Source: Nitrososphaerales archaeon
GTDB taxonomy: Archaea > Thermoproteota > Nitrososphaeria > Nitrososphaerales > CADDZS01
Length of the DNA: 64,000 nt
Assembly (NCBI GenBank): GCA_030038075.1
Contig: JASHPO010000091.1
Coordinates: forward strand, 571-64,570
Reading direction: 5' to 3'
The notes beneath the pieces were generated by a model, which saw only the letters and a list, made by a program, of their open reading frames with translations, had not been told where the DNA came from and searched no databases. A program made the position numbers and the translations under genes. Below are positions 20,483 through 30,931 of this stretch, one piece after another. Each line of letters opens with the position of its first letter. Position 1 is the stretch's first letter.

Positions 20483-21218
20483 GAACGGGTTTAGCCAGAT
20501 TCTTGCGGGAATTCTGGTTAATTCCATTTACGAGATGAAAAACTACCCGGTTGTGCTCATAAACACCGTCCTTTCACCTCTTTCGTTTCTGATCCTCATC
20601 ACCTTTGTGAGCCGCGGGTCTCTGATCGGCGAAGCCGTCGAAGGAGGCTTGCTGATGAGCATGTTTTCTGCGGGAACTTCTTTGCAGGGAGACATGTCTC
20701 ACTTGAAGAACGATTTCAAACTCCAGGACATGGTGGTGAGCTCACCGACGAGGTGGCCAAATTACCTGATCGGCATCGCATTCTCTGAGATAGTGTATTC
20801 TGTTCCAGCTTTGGCGGTGTTGGGAATTCTGGCAGTTTATCTTGTCCACCTGACCCCATTCGGTGTTCTGCAGCTTATCGCGGTGCTTTTGATGATGTTC
20901 GTGACATCCATCGCGCTGGGCTTTACGTTTGCGACGTTTTCAAGCGATATTGTCCAGAGCTTCGCATTCTCAAGACTTGTTTCAACTCTTTTTTCTACTC
21001 TGCCCCCGGTATATTATCCGATTACTTACATTCCACTTCCGTTCAGGTATCTTGCCTACATTTCGCCAACTACTTACGCAGCTGAGATCGCACAAAACGC
21101 TGCGGGCTATATTCATCTATCAGCCTTGATGGTCTCAATCGACTGGAGTGTTTTGATAGCGGTAACCGTAATACTTACACTCCTATGCAGCACGAAAGCA
21201 AGATGGAGAGAAATCTAG
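20442..21218 (+). CDS. ABC-2 exporter permease
   Basis: About 6 TM segments; PVYYPITYIP...SPTTY. Confidence 0.85.
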   Translation: METRESSRPRRKNRNGFSQILAGILVNSIYEMKNYPVVLINTVLSPLSFLILITFVSRGSLIGEAVEGGLLMSMFSAGTSLQGDMSHLKNDFKLQDMVVSSPTRWPNYLIGIAFSEIVYSVPALAVLGILAVYLVHLTPFGVLQLIAVLLMMFVTSIALGFTFATFSSDIVQSFAFSRLVSTLFSTLPPVYYPITYIPLPFRYLAYISPTTYAAEIAQNAAGYIHLSALMVSIDWSVLIAVTVILTLLCSTKARWREI

Positions 21219-21225
21219 AGCTTTT

Positions 21226-22695
21226 TCAGAAGGCCGTAAAGAAACCTACAATGCAGTCTCGCAACGAATCAAGAAAAGTGTGTCTGATCGCGCTCTCTCT
21301 TCCAGCCAGAGCCGACAAGCGTGATATTCTAAAATAAATCGGCGGATGAGGGTCGAAGTTGAACCAATCAAGCAATTTTCCAAATCGGTTGTATTTTTCC
21401 ATGTATAACTGCTTGAACCCGATCTTCGTCAGCGAAGTCGCTAGTCCCTGAGCGCTTCCGAGAACAACCGCAGATTCGGTATCGGCTCTCGTTTCCAGAA
21501 CCTTTCCGACCGCGAACAACACTCCAAACGCGATGACATAATAGAACAGCCCCAGAAACAGAAAGAGGGGATACCAAAGATAAAATGCTCCGGTGTAAAC
21601 GACCGCACTTGTTGCAAACAGTATTACCGGATCATGGCCCTTAACATGACCCAGCTCGTGCCCCACGACTGATTCCAACTCGTCATCGGTAAGATCTATG
21701 AGTGATCCGGCCGTGATCATTATCGCGGAGTGCTTTGAAGAAATTCCTGTCGCCATTGCGTTTGAAACTACGCTGTTTCCAATTACGATTTTTGGGACGG
21801 GCCTGCCAAATTTGGCAGCAACTTTTTCTACCAAGCTGTAAACATTTCTGGTCTTAATCTCAACGTCATCTTGGGAAGTATGTATTCCATTTCGCGAGAG
21901 TATTGCCATGACTGATGCTTTGATGTCACTCTGCGTCGCCGCATCGGCGCCACTTCGTATGACAAGATGACCCACCTCCTCTCGAATTTCCGATAGTATT
22001 CGCTTTCCGTGGGAGCCAAGAAATTCAAGAGTATCTGTCTTCGACCTGACGCTTACTACTGCCGCTAACGGTCTCTCAATGGTTGGTCGCACATTCCCAA
22101 GATTCATTGTAATGACGTCAGCGAAAACCAAGTAAACGAGCAGCAAGCCAATGATCAAGATTACAGTCAGGTCTCCGATAAACAGGAAAAGCACGAAGCT
22201 CAAAACAAGCGAAAGCAAAAAGACGTTTGTCGTGTTACCGGAAAAAATCCTGCGCATTATGTTTCGAGACGCGTTACTCTTGCTCGGCGCCTCCGAATGG
22301 TTTCCCCCTTCTGCCGAACCGATGACGAAGTACATGGTGCTCTTCTTGGCGTTTTGCAGATAGGTCCAAACCAGGTTTCGTATTTGATCCAGAGTTCTTG
22401 TGTACAGAGCAAGTTGAGATTGGTTTTTCTGGTCAATGTCGCCAAAACTCGCTTCGACCGTACGACCGATCTTTAGGTTGACCGAAAGACTTGCTTGATG
22501 GTCAGACGAATGTTGCTCCCACGAAAACGAAGTTTCGCCTTTACTTTCGATCTTTCTGTAAGAGCTATCAACAATCAGATTCAATTTTGGTGCTGAACAG
22601 TACATATCGATGAATTTTACCAGTCCCGAAACATCAGATTCTGAGATTTCTTTCTCGATAGTAACGCTCTTTGCAAAGGGGGAGAGTTCAGCCAA
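21226..22695 (-). CDS. M48 (HtpX-like) zinc metalloprotease with long N-terminal extension
   Basis: NAMATG, DDELESVVGHELGH, ETRAD, HPP...RI. Confidence 0.85.
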   Translation of the reverse strand: MAELSPFAKSVTIEKEISESDVSGLVKFIDMYCSAPKLNLIVDSSYRKIESKGETSFSWEQHSSDHQASLSVNLKIGRTVEASFGDIDQKNQSQLALYTRTLDQIRNLVWTYLQNAKKSTMYFVIGSAEGGNHSEAPSKSNASRNIMRRIFSGNTTNVFLLSLVLSFVLFLFIGDLTVILIIGLLLVYLVFADVITMNLGNVRPTIERPLAAVVSVRSKTDTLEFLGSHGKRILSEIREEVGHLVIRSGADAATQSDIKASVMAILSRNGIHTSQDDVEIKTRNVYSLVEKVAAKFGRPVPKIVIGNSVVSNAMATGISSKHSAIMITAGSLIDLTDDELESVVGHELGHVKGHDPVILFATSAVVYTGAFYLWYPLFLFLGLFYYVIAFGVLFAVGKVLETRADTESAVVLGSAQGLATSLTKIGFKQLYMEKYNRFGKLLDWFNFDPHPPIYFRISRLSALAGRESAIRHTFLDSLRDCIVGFFTAF

Positions 22696-22838
22696 AAGGA
22701 AAGAGCCTCAAATCGCTTTACATACGGTTCTCTTCTTTATGGATTTGTACTTGAGATCCTTGATCTGCGTGGGACATGTCCGATGCACTTTTTTAATGAA
22801 AGAGTTTAATTGAAACATTAGCCAAGGTAGTCTTTGTT

Positions 22839-23786
22839 TTGGGTTCGTGCCCGCAGTGCGGCGCCGAGGTGCCGGCGAACGCAAGCTTTTGCCCCGCGTG
22901 CGGAGAAGATCTTCATCCAGCAGTAGCGGACAGCGCGGTCGCCCAGAGTGATGTCAAGAAATGTTACTTCTGCTCAAAACCCTTTGTGGGCGAGGATGCT
23001 TACTATTTCAAGTGCAGGTACTGCGAGCACGATTTTTGTTCAGAGCACAGGCTGCCGGAGAACCACCTCTGTAAGAGCAGTCCGCTTCGAAGAAACATTC
23101 CAACGACTTCGATGCCGTATTATTCAACATCGAGCGGATACTACACCAGTAGCGGACAATCTAGTCGCGGAGGTCTCTCTCTAAGCCTATCAAAACAGGG
23201 AAGAAATCTAATCATCCTTATTGCATCAGGAGTGGTAATCGGTCTTCTAGCATCGTTTATTTTCGTAGACAATATTCAGGTGCTGCTTTTTCTGCTTCAG
23301 GATAATTATCTTGTTTACCACGGATGGCTGCCGGCACTTGTCACTTCGATCATTGTCGTCGCGCCCAACATTCTCGGATTGGAGGACATTTTCTTCAACG
23401 CAATTGCGGTTTTCTTCATCGATGGCCTCCTAAGAAATGTTTACTCGCCCAAGCAATACTATGTGGTATTCCTGTTGACCGCGATAGCAGGCAATGTCGT
23501 GAGTTTGTTTGGATACGGTCCGGGAGGCGGAATAGTAGCTACTACTCTCAGTTTCGGTGCGTCTGGAGGCATATTCGGTCTAGTGGCCGGCGCTGTTTCA
23601 GCAGATTATGCCTTTAATCGGAGGGTGAACACTGCTTTAGTTATATGGTTCCTCATTATCTTCGTTTGGAGTGCTCTCGGAGGCAGCGTTGATATTTTCG
23701 CCCATTTGGGCGGGGCACTCGTAGGATTAGCGATGGGGTTCGTAATCGGCGAACGGAGAAGAACCAGCTATCGCCATTCGAGATAA
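22839..23786 (+). CDS. Rhomboid protease with N-terminal zinc ribbon and AN1-type zinc finger
   Basis: CPQCG...CPACG; CYFC...CRYC...FCSEHRLPENHLC; catalytic GASG and AHLGG. Confidence 0.88.
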   Translation: MGSCPQCGAEVPANASFCPACGEDLHPAVADSAVAQSDVKKCYFCSKPFVGEDAYYFKCRYCEHDFCSEHRLPENHLCKSSPLRRNIPTTSMPYYSTSSGYYTSSGQSSRGGLSLSLSKQGRNLIILIASGVVIGLLASFIFVDNIQVLLFLLQDNYLVYHGWLPALVTSIIVVAPNILGLEDIFFNAIAVFFIDGLLRNVYSPKQYYVVFLLTAIAGNVVSLFGYGPGGGIVATTLSFGASGGIFGLVAGAVSADYAFNRRVNTALVIWFLIIFVWSALGGSVDIFAHLGGALVGLAMGFVIGERRRTSYRHSR

Positions 23787-23807
23787 AGTCTTGCGACGCA
23801 CTCTCTT

Positions 23808-24455
23808 TTATTTTACGCGCGAAAGAAAATCTACGGTTCTCGCCCATGCGTCTTTGGCGGAAGGTTCATGGTAAGTCATTGGATTAAACCTGTTATGAAA
23901 CGCGTGCTTTGCCTCGGGATAAACGTGAACCTCTACTTTTTTCTTGTACTTCACCACAGCAGGGAGAAAAGTGCTGTACGCCCACGGCGTTATTCTCGTG
24001 TCTTCCGATCCCAAGAAAAGCAGAACGGGACCCCTCAAGTTAACAGTCTCATCAGCGTTTTCAATTGATCCGTAATAGTCCACGCAAAATGTCACCTCAG
24101 CATTGTTGCACGCGGCAAGGAGTGCGAATCCCCCTCCCATGCAAAAGCCCAGTGTTCCAAGTTTTGAAGCTCCCGCTCCCTTCAAGGCCTTCAGTCCCGC
24201 GCTAATCCCGGCTAGAGTTTGGTCTCTCGTGAGACCTTCTCGAATTTTGGCAGCCTCCTCGTACGATTTTGCCATCTTTCCGTGGTAGAGGTCCACCGCG
24301 GCCGCAGTGTGCCCGCTAGCTGAAAGAGTGTCGGCAACCGACTTGATATAATCATTGAATCCATACACCTCGTGTATAACGACCAGCCCCAAACCAGAGT
24401 TCCCCTTCGTGACATACGCATCGAACCCGTCAGACTTGACCATGGTACCGCTCAA
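23808..24455 (-). CDS. Dienelactone hydrolase family protein
   Basis: HEVYG, GFCMGG, YPEAKHAF, A..AW.R. Confidence 0.9.
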   Translation of the reverse strand: MSGTMVKSDGFDAYVTKGNSGLGLVVIHEVYGFNDYIKSVADTLSASGHTAAAVDLYHGKMAKSYEEAAKIREGLTRDQTLAGISAGLKALKGAGASKLGTLGFCMGGGFALLAACNNAEVTFCVDYYGSIENADETVNLRGPVLLFLGSEDTRITPWAYSTFLPAVVKYKKKVEVHVYPEAKHAFHNRFNPMTYHEPSAKDAWARTVDFLSRVK

Positions 24456-24602
24456 ATCCGAATAAACCAGTTTCAGTGTCCTTTGATCGGATTATTTAAC
24501 CGTTGGGCTGGAACGTGTACGTCACCTCTTGCGATCAGCAGCTGTTTGCCCTAAAACTCTATACGGGGAATCCTGAAATAAGATGGGACGAGTCATTCTC
24601 AT

Positions 24603-25553
24603 ATGACTCTGCTTCTTTCAGAATCTGATTTTCTCTCGCTGGCTTCTATGCCGGAGACAGTCGAATGTATCGAAAACTGCTTTCTGAACATGAAAGACCA
24701 GACGGCGGAAAACTTTCCACGGACGAGGGCCAGGTCTCCTAGTGGCAGCTTGCAGGTAATGTACACTCTTCTTCCCTACCTGGGCAGATCGGGCTCGAAG
24801 CTTTACACGGTCTCCGCAAGCGGGGCCAAGTTCGTAATCTTACTCTTCGACGTAAGGAGCGGCGAGCTCCTGTCCGTGATGGGCGCTAGAAACTTGGGCA
24901 AATATCGGACGGGGGCTGCCTCAGCGGTTGCCACCAAGTACTTGACTGGATTGAAAAGCTTCAAACTGGCTATGGCGGGTACGGGTGGTCAGTCGCTGAC
25001 TCAGATAACGGCCCAAATGCAGATTGCCAACATCGAGAGTGTCCATGTCTGGAGTCCGACCAGGGAGCACAGAGAAGCTTTCGCGAAAGAGGTGAGCAGA
25101 AATCAAGGACTCGATTGCCACGCGGAAGACACGGTCGAAAATGCGTTTCGAAGATGTGATGTTGCGACGGCGATAACAACCGCGAAGGATCCCTTCATCA
25201 CGAAGAAGGTGGCGGAAGGCCCAAGGCACATCAACGCTTGCGGTGCAAACGGTCTCGATCGAGCAGAATTATTTACCAACACTCTTGAAATCTTCGACAC
25301 GATCTGCGTTGACGATAAAAGGCAGGCGAAGATGGAAGCAAAGGAATTGAACGAGTCAGTCACCGCCGGGAAATATACTTGGGAAGATTTTGTGGAACTC
25401 AAAGACATTGTCCAGTCGAAAGTAAAACCTGGCAAGATAACGTTTTTCAAATCTCTCGGCATAGCCACCGAAGACATCGCACTCTCCAGTCTGATATATG
25501 ACAAGGCGATCAAATCTGGGGAGTTTGAGAACAAGCAGTTCAGATTTTTTTGA
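24603..25553 (+). CDS. Ornithine cyclodeaminase/mu-crystallin family (archaeal alanine dehydrogenase-like)
   Basis: RTGAASAVATKYL, HINACGAN, FKSLGIATEDIA. Confidence 0.85.
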   Translation: MTLLLSESDFLSLASMPETVECIENCFLNMKDQTAENFPRTRARSPSGSLQVMYTLLPYLGRSGSKLYTVSASGAKFVILLFDVRSGELLSVMGARNLGKYRTGAASAVATKYLTGLKSFKLAMAGTGGQSLTQITAQMQIANIESVHVWSPTREHREAFAKEVSRNQGLDCHAEDTVENAFRRCDVATAITTAKDPFITKKVAEGPRHINACGANGLDRAELFTNTLEIFDTICVDDKRQAKMEAKELNESVTAGKYTWEDFVELKDIVQSKVKPGKITFFKSLGIATEDIALSSLIYDKAIKSGEFENKQFRFF

Positions 25554-25624
25554 ACTCTGAAATTACTTGAGATGAAAGACAGAAAACAATAATTTACCTT
25601 GCGAACTATTGACGGTGCTCATCC

Positions 25625-26089
25625 ATGACCGAATCGAAGAAGCTTCGAAAACGAAAGATTCCCCGAACGGAATCAGAAGAATCGCAGAAAGCTGATTCGA
25701 AGTCGGTGAACATGGACGCAATCAGCCAAGAGCTCGCAAAACTCGATTCGAGAAGACAGGATCTCGCGAAGAAGCTCGACGAGGCTCAAAAAACCTCAGA
25801 TTACGATACATTCCAGAAGATCGGGAACAGTTATCTCGGGACAATACTGGAGAGCATAAACCTCTACATTGATTTGATAAAGGAGATTAGTTCCGATCCG
25901 GTTGCGGGTGAACTCAAGACCGAGTTTGCCGGCATCGTGAAGAAAGGCAGCAACACCAAGGGGCTTGAAGGACAGTCTGAGTGGATATCAAACGACGTAT
26001 CACCGCTTTACGAGAAGGTCAGACAGATTTGCGCTTGCGTTTACGCCGCGGTCGCAAAGATAGACCAAGAAGCTAACAAAGTTGCCTAG
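25625..26089 (+). CDS. Hypothetical helical/coiled-coil protein
   Basis: 154-aa ORF with ATG and TATA-like upstream; charged helical composition. Confidence 0.6.
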   Translation: MTESKKLRKRKIPRTESEESQKADSKSVNMDAISQELAKLDSRRQDLAKKLDEAQKTSDYDTFQKIGNSYLGTILESINLYIDLIKEISSDPVAGELKTEFAGIVKKGSNTKGLEGQSEWISNDVSPLYEKVRQICACVYAAVAKIDQEANKVA

Positions 26090-26280
26090 CGGCGGATGCC
26101 CGCTTCGCGAAGCATCTCCCTGCCACGAACCTCGGCGTCGCGAAGGTGGTTCGGACACCTCGTGATGGACTCTCCATAAACGTCGGCCCATAACCAGCCT
26201 TTGGCAAACAAGGATTGTGCAGTACTCTTCGCGGATATACCGCAGACATCACAGTGAAGTTCCAAAAGTTCCTCTTTCAT
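26086..26280 (-). CDS. Small putative metal-binding protein
   Basis: 64 aa with CDVC and CPNH; stop overlaps the convergent neighbour. Confidence 0.55.
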   Translation of the reverse strand: MKEELLELHCDVCGISAKSTAQSLFAKGWLWADVYGESITRCPNHLRDAEVRGREMLREAGIRR

Positions 26281-26343
26281 TTTCGACGATGGGAGAATAA
26301 GTGAGATAGAAAAGTTTTGAGGAGGATTTCTTTTTTTCGAACG

Positions 26344-27621
26344 TTAACTAGAGTACGTCGCGTTAACGTCAAACTGGAGCGAAGAGCCAAACGGCGTCTC
26401 GATCTGGATCGTATACTGTTGACCGCCGATGATGCTCTGCGGTGCGTAAGGCGGGGTAAGGCTGTTCAGTGCGTTGATTGGTCCGAAATAGAACAACACC
26501 ACGACTTGGTACGGCTTGATTGTTAGACCAATCTGGTTCTGAGGTATCGGCGCGCTGTCCGGGTTGGGCTGGACTACAGATCCGTTGGTGAGTATCAAAA
26601 ACGTTGCAACAGTGGATTCAGAAGAGTTTTCTGTTGAGGGAGAAGGTTGCGGATCTGCAGGCGAAGAGTTCGTTCCTCCGTTTGAAGTGCCAGTGATCGT
26701 TGTCACTTCAGTGATTGTCGTCGTAATGGTGGACACAATCGTTGAAGTGCTGACGGTTACGTTACTCTGGGTTGACTCGGTTCCCATCGTGAGAACATCC
26801 AACGCCGAGATTGTCACGGGAGTGCTACCGGTGTTATTGAGTATCACAAGAAGCGTCGTCGGGTAAAGCTCCGAGCCGCGCACCACTGTTAGGTTGTCTC
26901 CGATTGGTGTCGGGGCTTCCCACCAAGACTCGGAAGCGATGTTTTGAATCGTTGACCCCGTCGTTGCAAGGCTATCATTCCAAGACTGTGAAGGGATTGC
27001 CAGACCTTGAGCCGCTGTCACGATTTCAAAACTGGGCATGCCGCCATTGTTCGTAGCCAGCACCGTGGGCGAGATGTCAAGTACAAATCCCGCGGAGGAA
27101 TTGGGATTTACAAGAGCCCCCCCGTTTGATAACGTCACCACGATCTCGTTTAGCGGGACTGAAGCCGTGTAATTTATTCCACCAAAAGTCACCGACGCAT
27201 TTGTAATGTCAAATCTTGCCTGGCTGTATGTCCCGCTGAAAACTTGCGCGCTGCCCAGCGTCAAGCCAGTGTTCACCACCGAAAGGAGATCTATCGTTCC
27301 TGCATTTGCGACCGTCTCCCATATCTGGTTCCCGTTCTGATCGGTGGCCGCTTCAATGTCCGAATAATTAATGTAAACATGAGTGGTACCCGCGGGCACG
27401 TTTGGAGGATCAGGCGGGTCTGTAATTTGGGCGGCGAGGATTCCGGTCGGCAAGGGATTCGAAGTAGTTGTGGTCACCGTTGTCCTGCTGGTAACAGTCG
27501 AAGAGCTCGGACCGGTTATGACCTTGCCCTGTTCTAGGGCGTTGACTCCACCGATGATCGCCGCGGCGATCAAAACGCCCACTAGGACCATCAGCATGAG
27601 GCTCCTCGCCACAGCTTTCAT
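26344..27621 (-). CDS. Membrane-anchored S/T-rich surface protein, DUF4382-like domain
   Basis: N-terminal TM; ITDPP...HVYINYSDIE...GTIDLLSV...GTYSQARF pattern. Confidence 0.7.
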   Translation of the reverse strand: MKAVARSLMLMVLVGVLIAAAIIGGVNALEQGKVITGPSSSTVTSRTTVTTTTSNPLPTGILAAQITDPPDPPNVPAGTTHVYINYSDIEAATDQNGNQIWETVANAGTIDLLSVVNTGLTLGSAQVFSGTYSQARFDITNASVTFGGINYTASVPLNEIVVTLSNGGALVNPNSSAGFVLDISPTVLATNNGGMPSFEIVTAAQGLAIPSQSWNDSLATTGSTIQNIASESWWEAPTPIGDNLTVVRGSELYPTTLLVILNNTGSTPVTISALDVLTMGTESTQSNVTVSTSTIVSTITTTITEVTTITGTSNGGTNSSPADPQPSPSTENSSESTVATFLILTNGSVVQPNPDSAPIPQNQIGLTIKPYQVVVLFYFGPINALNSLTPPYAPQSIIGGQQYTIQIETPFGSSLQFDVNATYSS

Positions 27622-27923
27622 AGGAAAGCAAATTCCTCATTGCCGCTTATTGAGCTTTAGGTATAGTTTGTTTTGTTGTAACGCTCTAGAGAAAGCAATG
27701 GTATCACTTTGACCAAATACATTATCTACGCTCTGCAAACTTTAGTGCTTGAAGATTTTTCGTCTCAATATAACTGCAGTATGTTCAAGTCGGATCTTCG
27801 GTTGTAGACTACAAACCGTAGTGTGGAAGGTTTTAGACACTAGGTTACACTCCGCTTAACAGCTGTACTCAAATTAAACGCGTAAAAGAGAGAAAAACTG
27901 GAACTCGTAGCAGTAATTTTCTC

Positions 27924-28028
27924 ATGACATTTGCAATCAAATCCGTTAAGCAATCATATTCGCCAGAGCCTGAAATTGCTGAACTAATGGGATCTTTCAG
28001 GAACGCAGTGGATCTGGGGCGCCGCTAA
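27924..28028 (+). pseudogene. Short ORF resembling the N-terminus of archaeal TnpB-family proteins
   Basis: MTFAIKSVKQSYSPEPEIAELMGSFRNAVD; resemblance is recalled from the family pattern, not searched. Confidence 0.35.
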
Positions 28029-28123
28029 TCCTGCAAGTCGATGCTTCCAAGTTGAGTAATAGGTTTTTACAACCGAAGACTTGACAGAGCCTTTAAGTCA
28101 AAGAATTACGGGTTTGAAAAAAG

Positions 28124-28552
28124 ATGACAGTCGGAGCAGACGGCGCAGACTTGAAGGGTAACACTCTGCGAGTCTACACTTATCTCTTTAGAGTACAGAG
28201 ATCTGGCGTCAGGGAAGCCCAACGTACCCTGGGTTTCAAAAGCGCGTCCCTCGCTCAATACCATCTTGATAAGCTCGTTTCACTCGGTCTCGCGACGAAG
28301 GACGATCTCGGGAATTATTTGCTCGCCAAGGAAATCAAGATCGAGGCCCTCGAACAATTCCTGAAGATTGGTACCTACCTCATTCCAAGGTTTGTTCTTT
28401 ACTCGGTAATGCTGACGTTTCTTTTCGTTTATTTCGTCGTCGCCGTGGGGGATGTAATCTCAACGATAAGCGTGTGGGCATACATCTTCGCCTTCGCGGG
28501 TCTCGGAATCACGTGGTACGAAACCGCGAGAGCGTGGCGCAGAAGCCCTTAG
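28124..28552 (+). CDS. Membrane-anchored winged-HTH regulator
   Basis: GNTLRVY...GVREAQRTLGFKSASLAQYHLDKLV then two C-terminal TM helices; paralog at 36947. Confidence 0.8.
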   Translation: MTVGADGADLKGNTLRVYTYLFRVQRSGVREAQRTLGFKSASLAQYHLDKLVSLGLATKDDLGNYLLAKEIKIEALEQFLKIGTYLIPRFVLYSVMLTFLFVYFVVAVGDVISTISVWAYIFAFAGLGITWYETARAWRRSP

Positions 28553-28626
28553 ATCGACAAAAATTGTCAAAGAATAGTTAAAAACCTCGAAAATCAAAGG
28601 CTTGCGCATCTGGAGATGCCTATCGT

Positions 28627-28923
28627 ATGTCAACCGCCGCAGAAAAACGTGAAAAGAAGAGAATTGAAAACGAGGACAAAGTCCAGAAAGCCCTCACGAC
28701 TCTGTCTCAGGTCGTAGAGAGCAACATCACCCCAAGGAACATTCGAAAGATCGTAAAGGACGCGATCAACATGCTTACGGACTCGAAGATTTCCGTGGGC
28801 GTGCGAGCGGCAAACGCAATCTCAATTTTGGAGGAAGTCAGCCAAGATCCAAACATGCCGTCTTTCAGCAGGGTCACTATCTGGTCTGCAGTTTCTACTC
28901 TCGAATCCGTGCGAGAGTCCTAA
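28627..28923 (+). CDS. UPF0147 family protein
   Basis: PRNIRK...VRAANAISILEEVSQDPNMPSFSRVTIW. Confidence 0.9.
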   Translation: MSTAAEKREKKRIENEDKVQKALTTLSQVVESNITPRNIRKIVKDAINMLTDSKISVGVRAANAISILEEVSQDPNMPSFSRVTIWSAVSTLESVRES

Positions 28924-30872
28924 TCGCCTGACTTTACTTGTTCTTCGAGCTCTAGGACAGCTCGCTTTACTTCCTCAACGGAAGCTTGATCTTCAAGTGT
29001 CGTTACATCGCCCACGTTTTGCATACCGTTCGCCACTGCTTTGACGACTCGGCGCATTATTTTCCCCGATCGAGTTTTGGGAAGAGATTTTACAAAATGA
29101 ATCTCTTCTGGAGTCGCCAGTGGCCCGATGGCTTTCCTGACGTGCTCCCTCAATTCCCTCGACAGTTCTTCCGTCGGCTTGTGTCCGGCCTTGACTATGA
29201 CAAACGCAACTATCCTCTCCCCCTTTAATTCGTCCGCCTTGCCCGCAACAGCAGACTCGGCTACGGCCGGATGGGAAACTAGGGCGTCCTCAATTTCGAT
29301 CGTACCCAGTCTGTGACCAGACACCTTCAACACTTCGTCGGCCCTCCCTAAGAGCCAGAAGTAACCTTCGTCGTCCCTCACGCAATAATCGCCAGCGTAA
29401 TACACACCGGGGAACTTGCTCCAGTAGACCTGCCTGTATCTCTCTTCATCATGATACAGCGTTTGAAGCATTCCGGGCCACGGCTGTTTAATCACGATGT
29501 AGCCCTTCTCATTTGTCTTTGCGGGTTTGCCATCGTCGTTAAGCACTTCCGCCTCTATGCCGGGAAGCGGGAACGTGGCAGAACCAGGCTTCAGCGGCAC
29601 GAGACCCAACCGTGGACTCGCTGAGATCAAAATCCCGCCGGTTTCAGTCTGCCACCACGTGTCCACTATCGGACACCGGCCACCTCCGATATTGTGAAAA
29701 TACCACAGCCAAACGTGCGGATTTATCGGCTCTCCTACCGAGCCCAGAATGCGCAGCGAGTGAAGGTCGTGCCTTGACGGCGGCTCATCCCCGTATCGCA
29801 TCATTCCTCTAAGTGCCGTCGGGCTGGTGTAGAGGATGTTAACGCCGTACCTTTCTACCATTTCCCAGAGTCTGTCGTTTTGCGGATAATCAGGTACGCC
29901 TTCGTAAAGGACCGAGGTCATTCCAAGAGAGAGCGGCCCGAAGACTATGTAGCTGTGCCCAGTTACCCAACCAATGTCCGCGGCGCACCAGTAGACATCG
30001 CTTGGCTTTGGATCGAACACCCACTGCGTGGTCGCATTGACGTATGTCAAATATCCACCGGTGCCGTGCACTATCGCCTTGGGCTTTCCAGTCGTCCCTG
30101 AAGAGTACAGCAAATAAAGCGGATGCGTGGACTCCAGCTCTTCCGGTTTCACAAATTCATTTTTGGTGTTTGCGACGAGGTCAGACCACCAGAGGTCGCG
30201 ACCCTGCTTCATCTGGACATTTTCGTTCGTTCGCTTGTAAACAATCACGTGGTCTACCTTCGGCGAATCTTCAAGAGCTTCATCCGAGATGGTCTTGAGC
30301 GGAATTATCTTGCCGCGCCTATAGCCGCCGTCCGCTGTGATTAAGACCGAGGACTCGGAGTCGTTCATCCTGTCGGATAGAGCTTGACTCGAGAATCCCG
30401 AAAATACTACTGTGAAAGCCGCGCCCAGTCTCGCGCAGGCGAGCATCGCGACCGGAAGTTCGGGAATCATTGGAAGATATATCGTGACTCTTTTTTTCTG
30501 AGTCACTCCCAGTTCTTTTAGGACGCTAGCGAATTTGTTTACTTCAGAGAACAGGTCTTGGTAGGAGAGGGTCCGAGTATCTCCTTTCTCACCCTCCCAG
30601 TAGTAAGCTACTTTGTTTCTGTTCGGAGAATCAAGATGCCTGTCTACGCAGTTGTATGAAACGTTTAGTTTTCCTCCGACGAACCATTTTGCAAAAGGAA
30701 TGTTCCAATCTAGGATTTTATCCCAGGTCTTGAACCACGTTATGTTTTCCTTTGCCGTCTTTGCCCAGAATTCCTCGATGTTTTCCAGAGAGCGCCGCTG
30801 GAAATCAAAATACCTGTTGACGGGAAAAATCCTCGAAGTGGTTGGGAGTGTGTTCTCGTCTGGAGCGCTCAT
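28920..30872 (-). CDS. acs: Acetyl-CoA synthetase (AMP-forming)
   Basis: YSSGTTGKPK, DIGWVTGHSY, DTWWQTETG, LPKTRSGKIMRR. Confidence 0.95.
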   Translation of the reverse strand: MSAPDENTLPTTSRIFPVNRYFDFQRRSLENIEEFWAKTAKENITWFKTWDKILDWNIPFAKWFVGGKLNVSYNCVDRHLDSPNRNKVAYYWEGEKGDTRTLSYQDLFSEVNKFASVLKELGVTQKKRVTIYLPMIPELPVAMLACARLGAAFTVVFSGFSSQALSDRMNDSESSVLITADGGYRRGKIIPLKTISDEALEDSPKVDHVIVYKRTNENVQMKQGRDLWWSDLVANTKNEFVKPEELESTHPLYLLYSSGTTGKPKAIVHGTGGYLTYVNATTQWVFDPKPSDVYWCAADIGWVTGHSYIVFGPLSLGMTSVLYEGVPDYPQNDRLWEMVERYGVNILYTSPTALRGMMRYGDEPPSRHDLHSLRILGSVGEPINPHVWLWYFHNIGGGRCPIVDTWWQTETGGILISASPRLGLVPLKPGSATFPLPGIEAEVLNDDGKPAKTNEKGYIVIKQPWPGMLQTLYHDEERYRQVYWSKFPGVYYAGDYCVRDDEGYFWLLGRADEVLKVSGHRLGTIEIEDALVSHPAVAESAVAGKADELKGERIVAFVIVKAGHKPTEELSRELREHVRKAIGPLATPEEIHFVKSLPKTRSGKIMRRVVKAVANGMQNVGDVTTLEDQASVEEVKRAVLELEEQVKSGD

Positions 30873-30931
30873 TTTCAGACACGCAAAGACCGACGCCAGA
30901 ATTTAAAGCTGCGGCAGTTTTGCTGAAGAGA

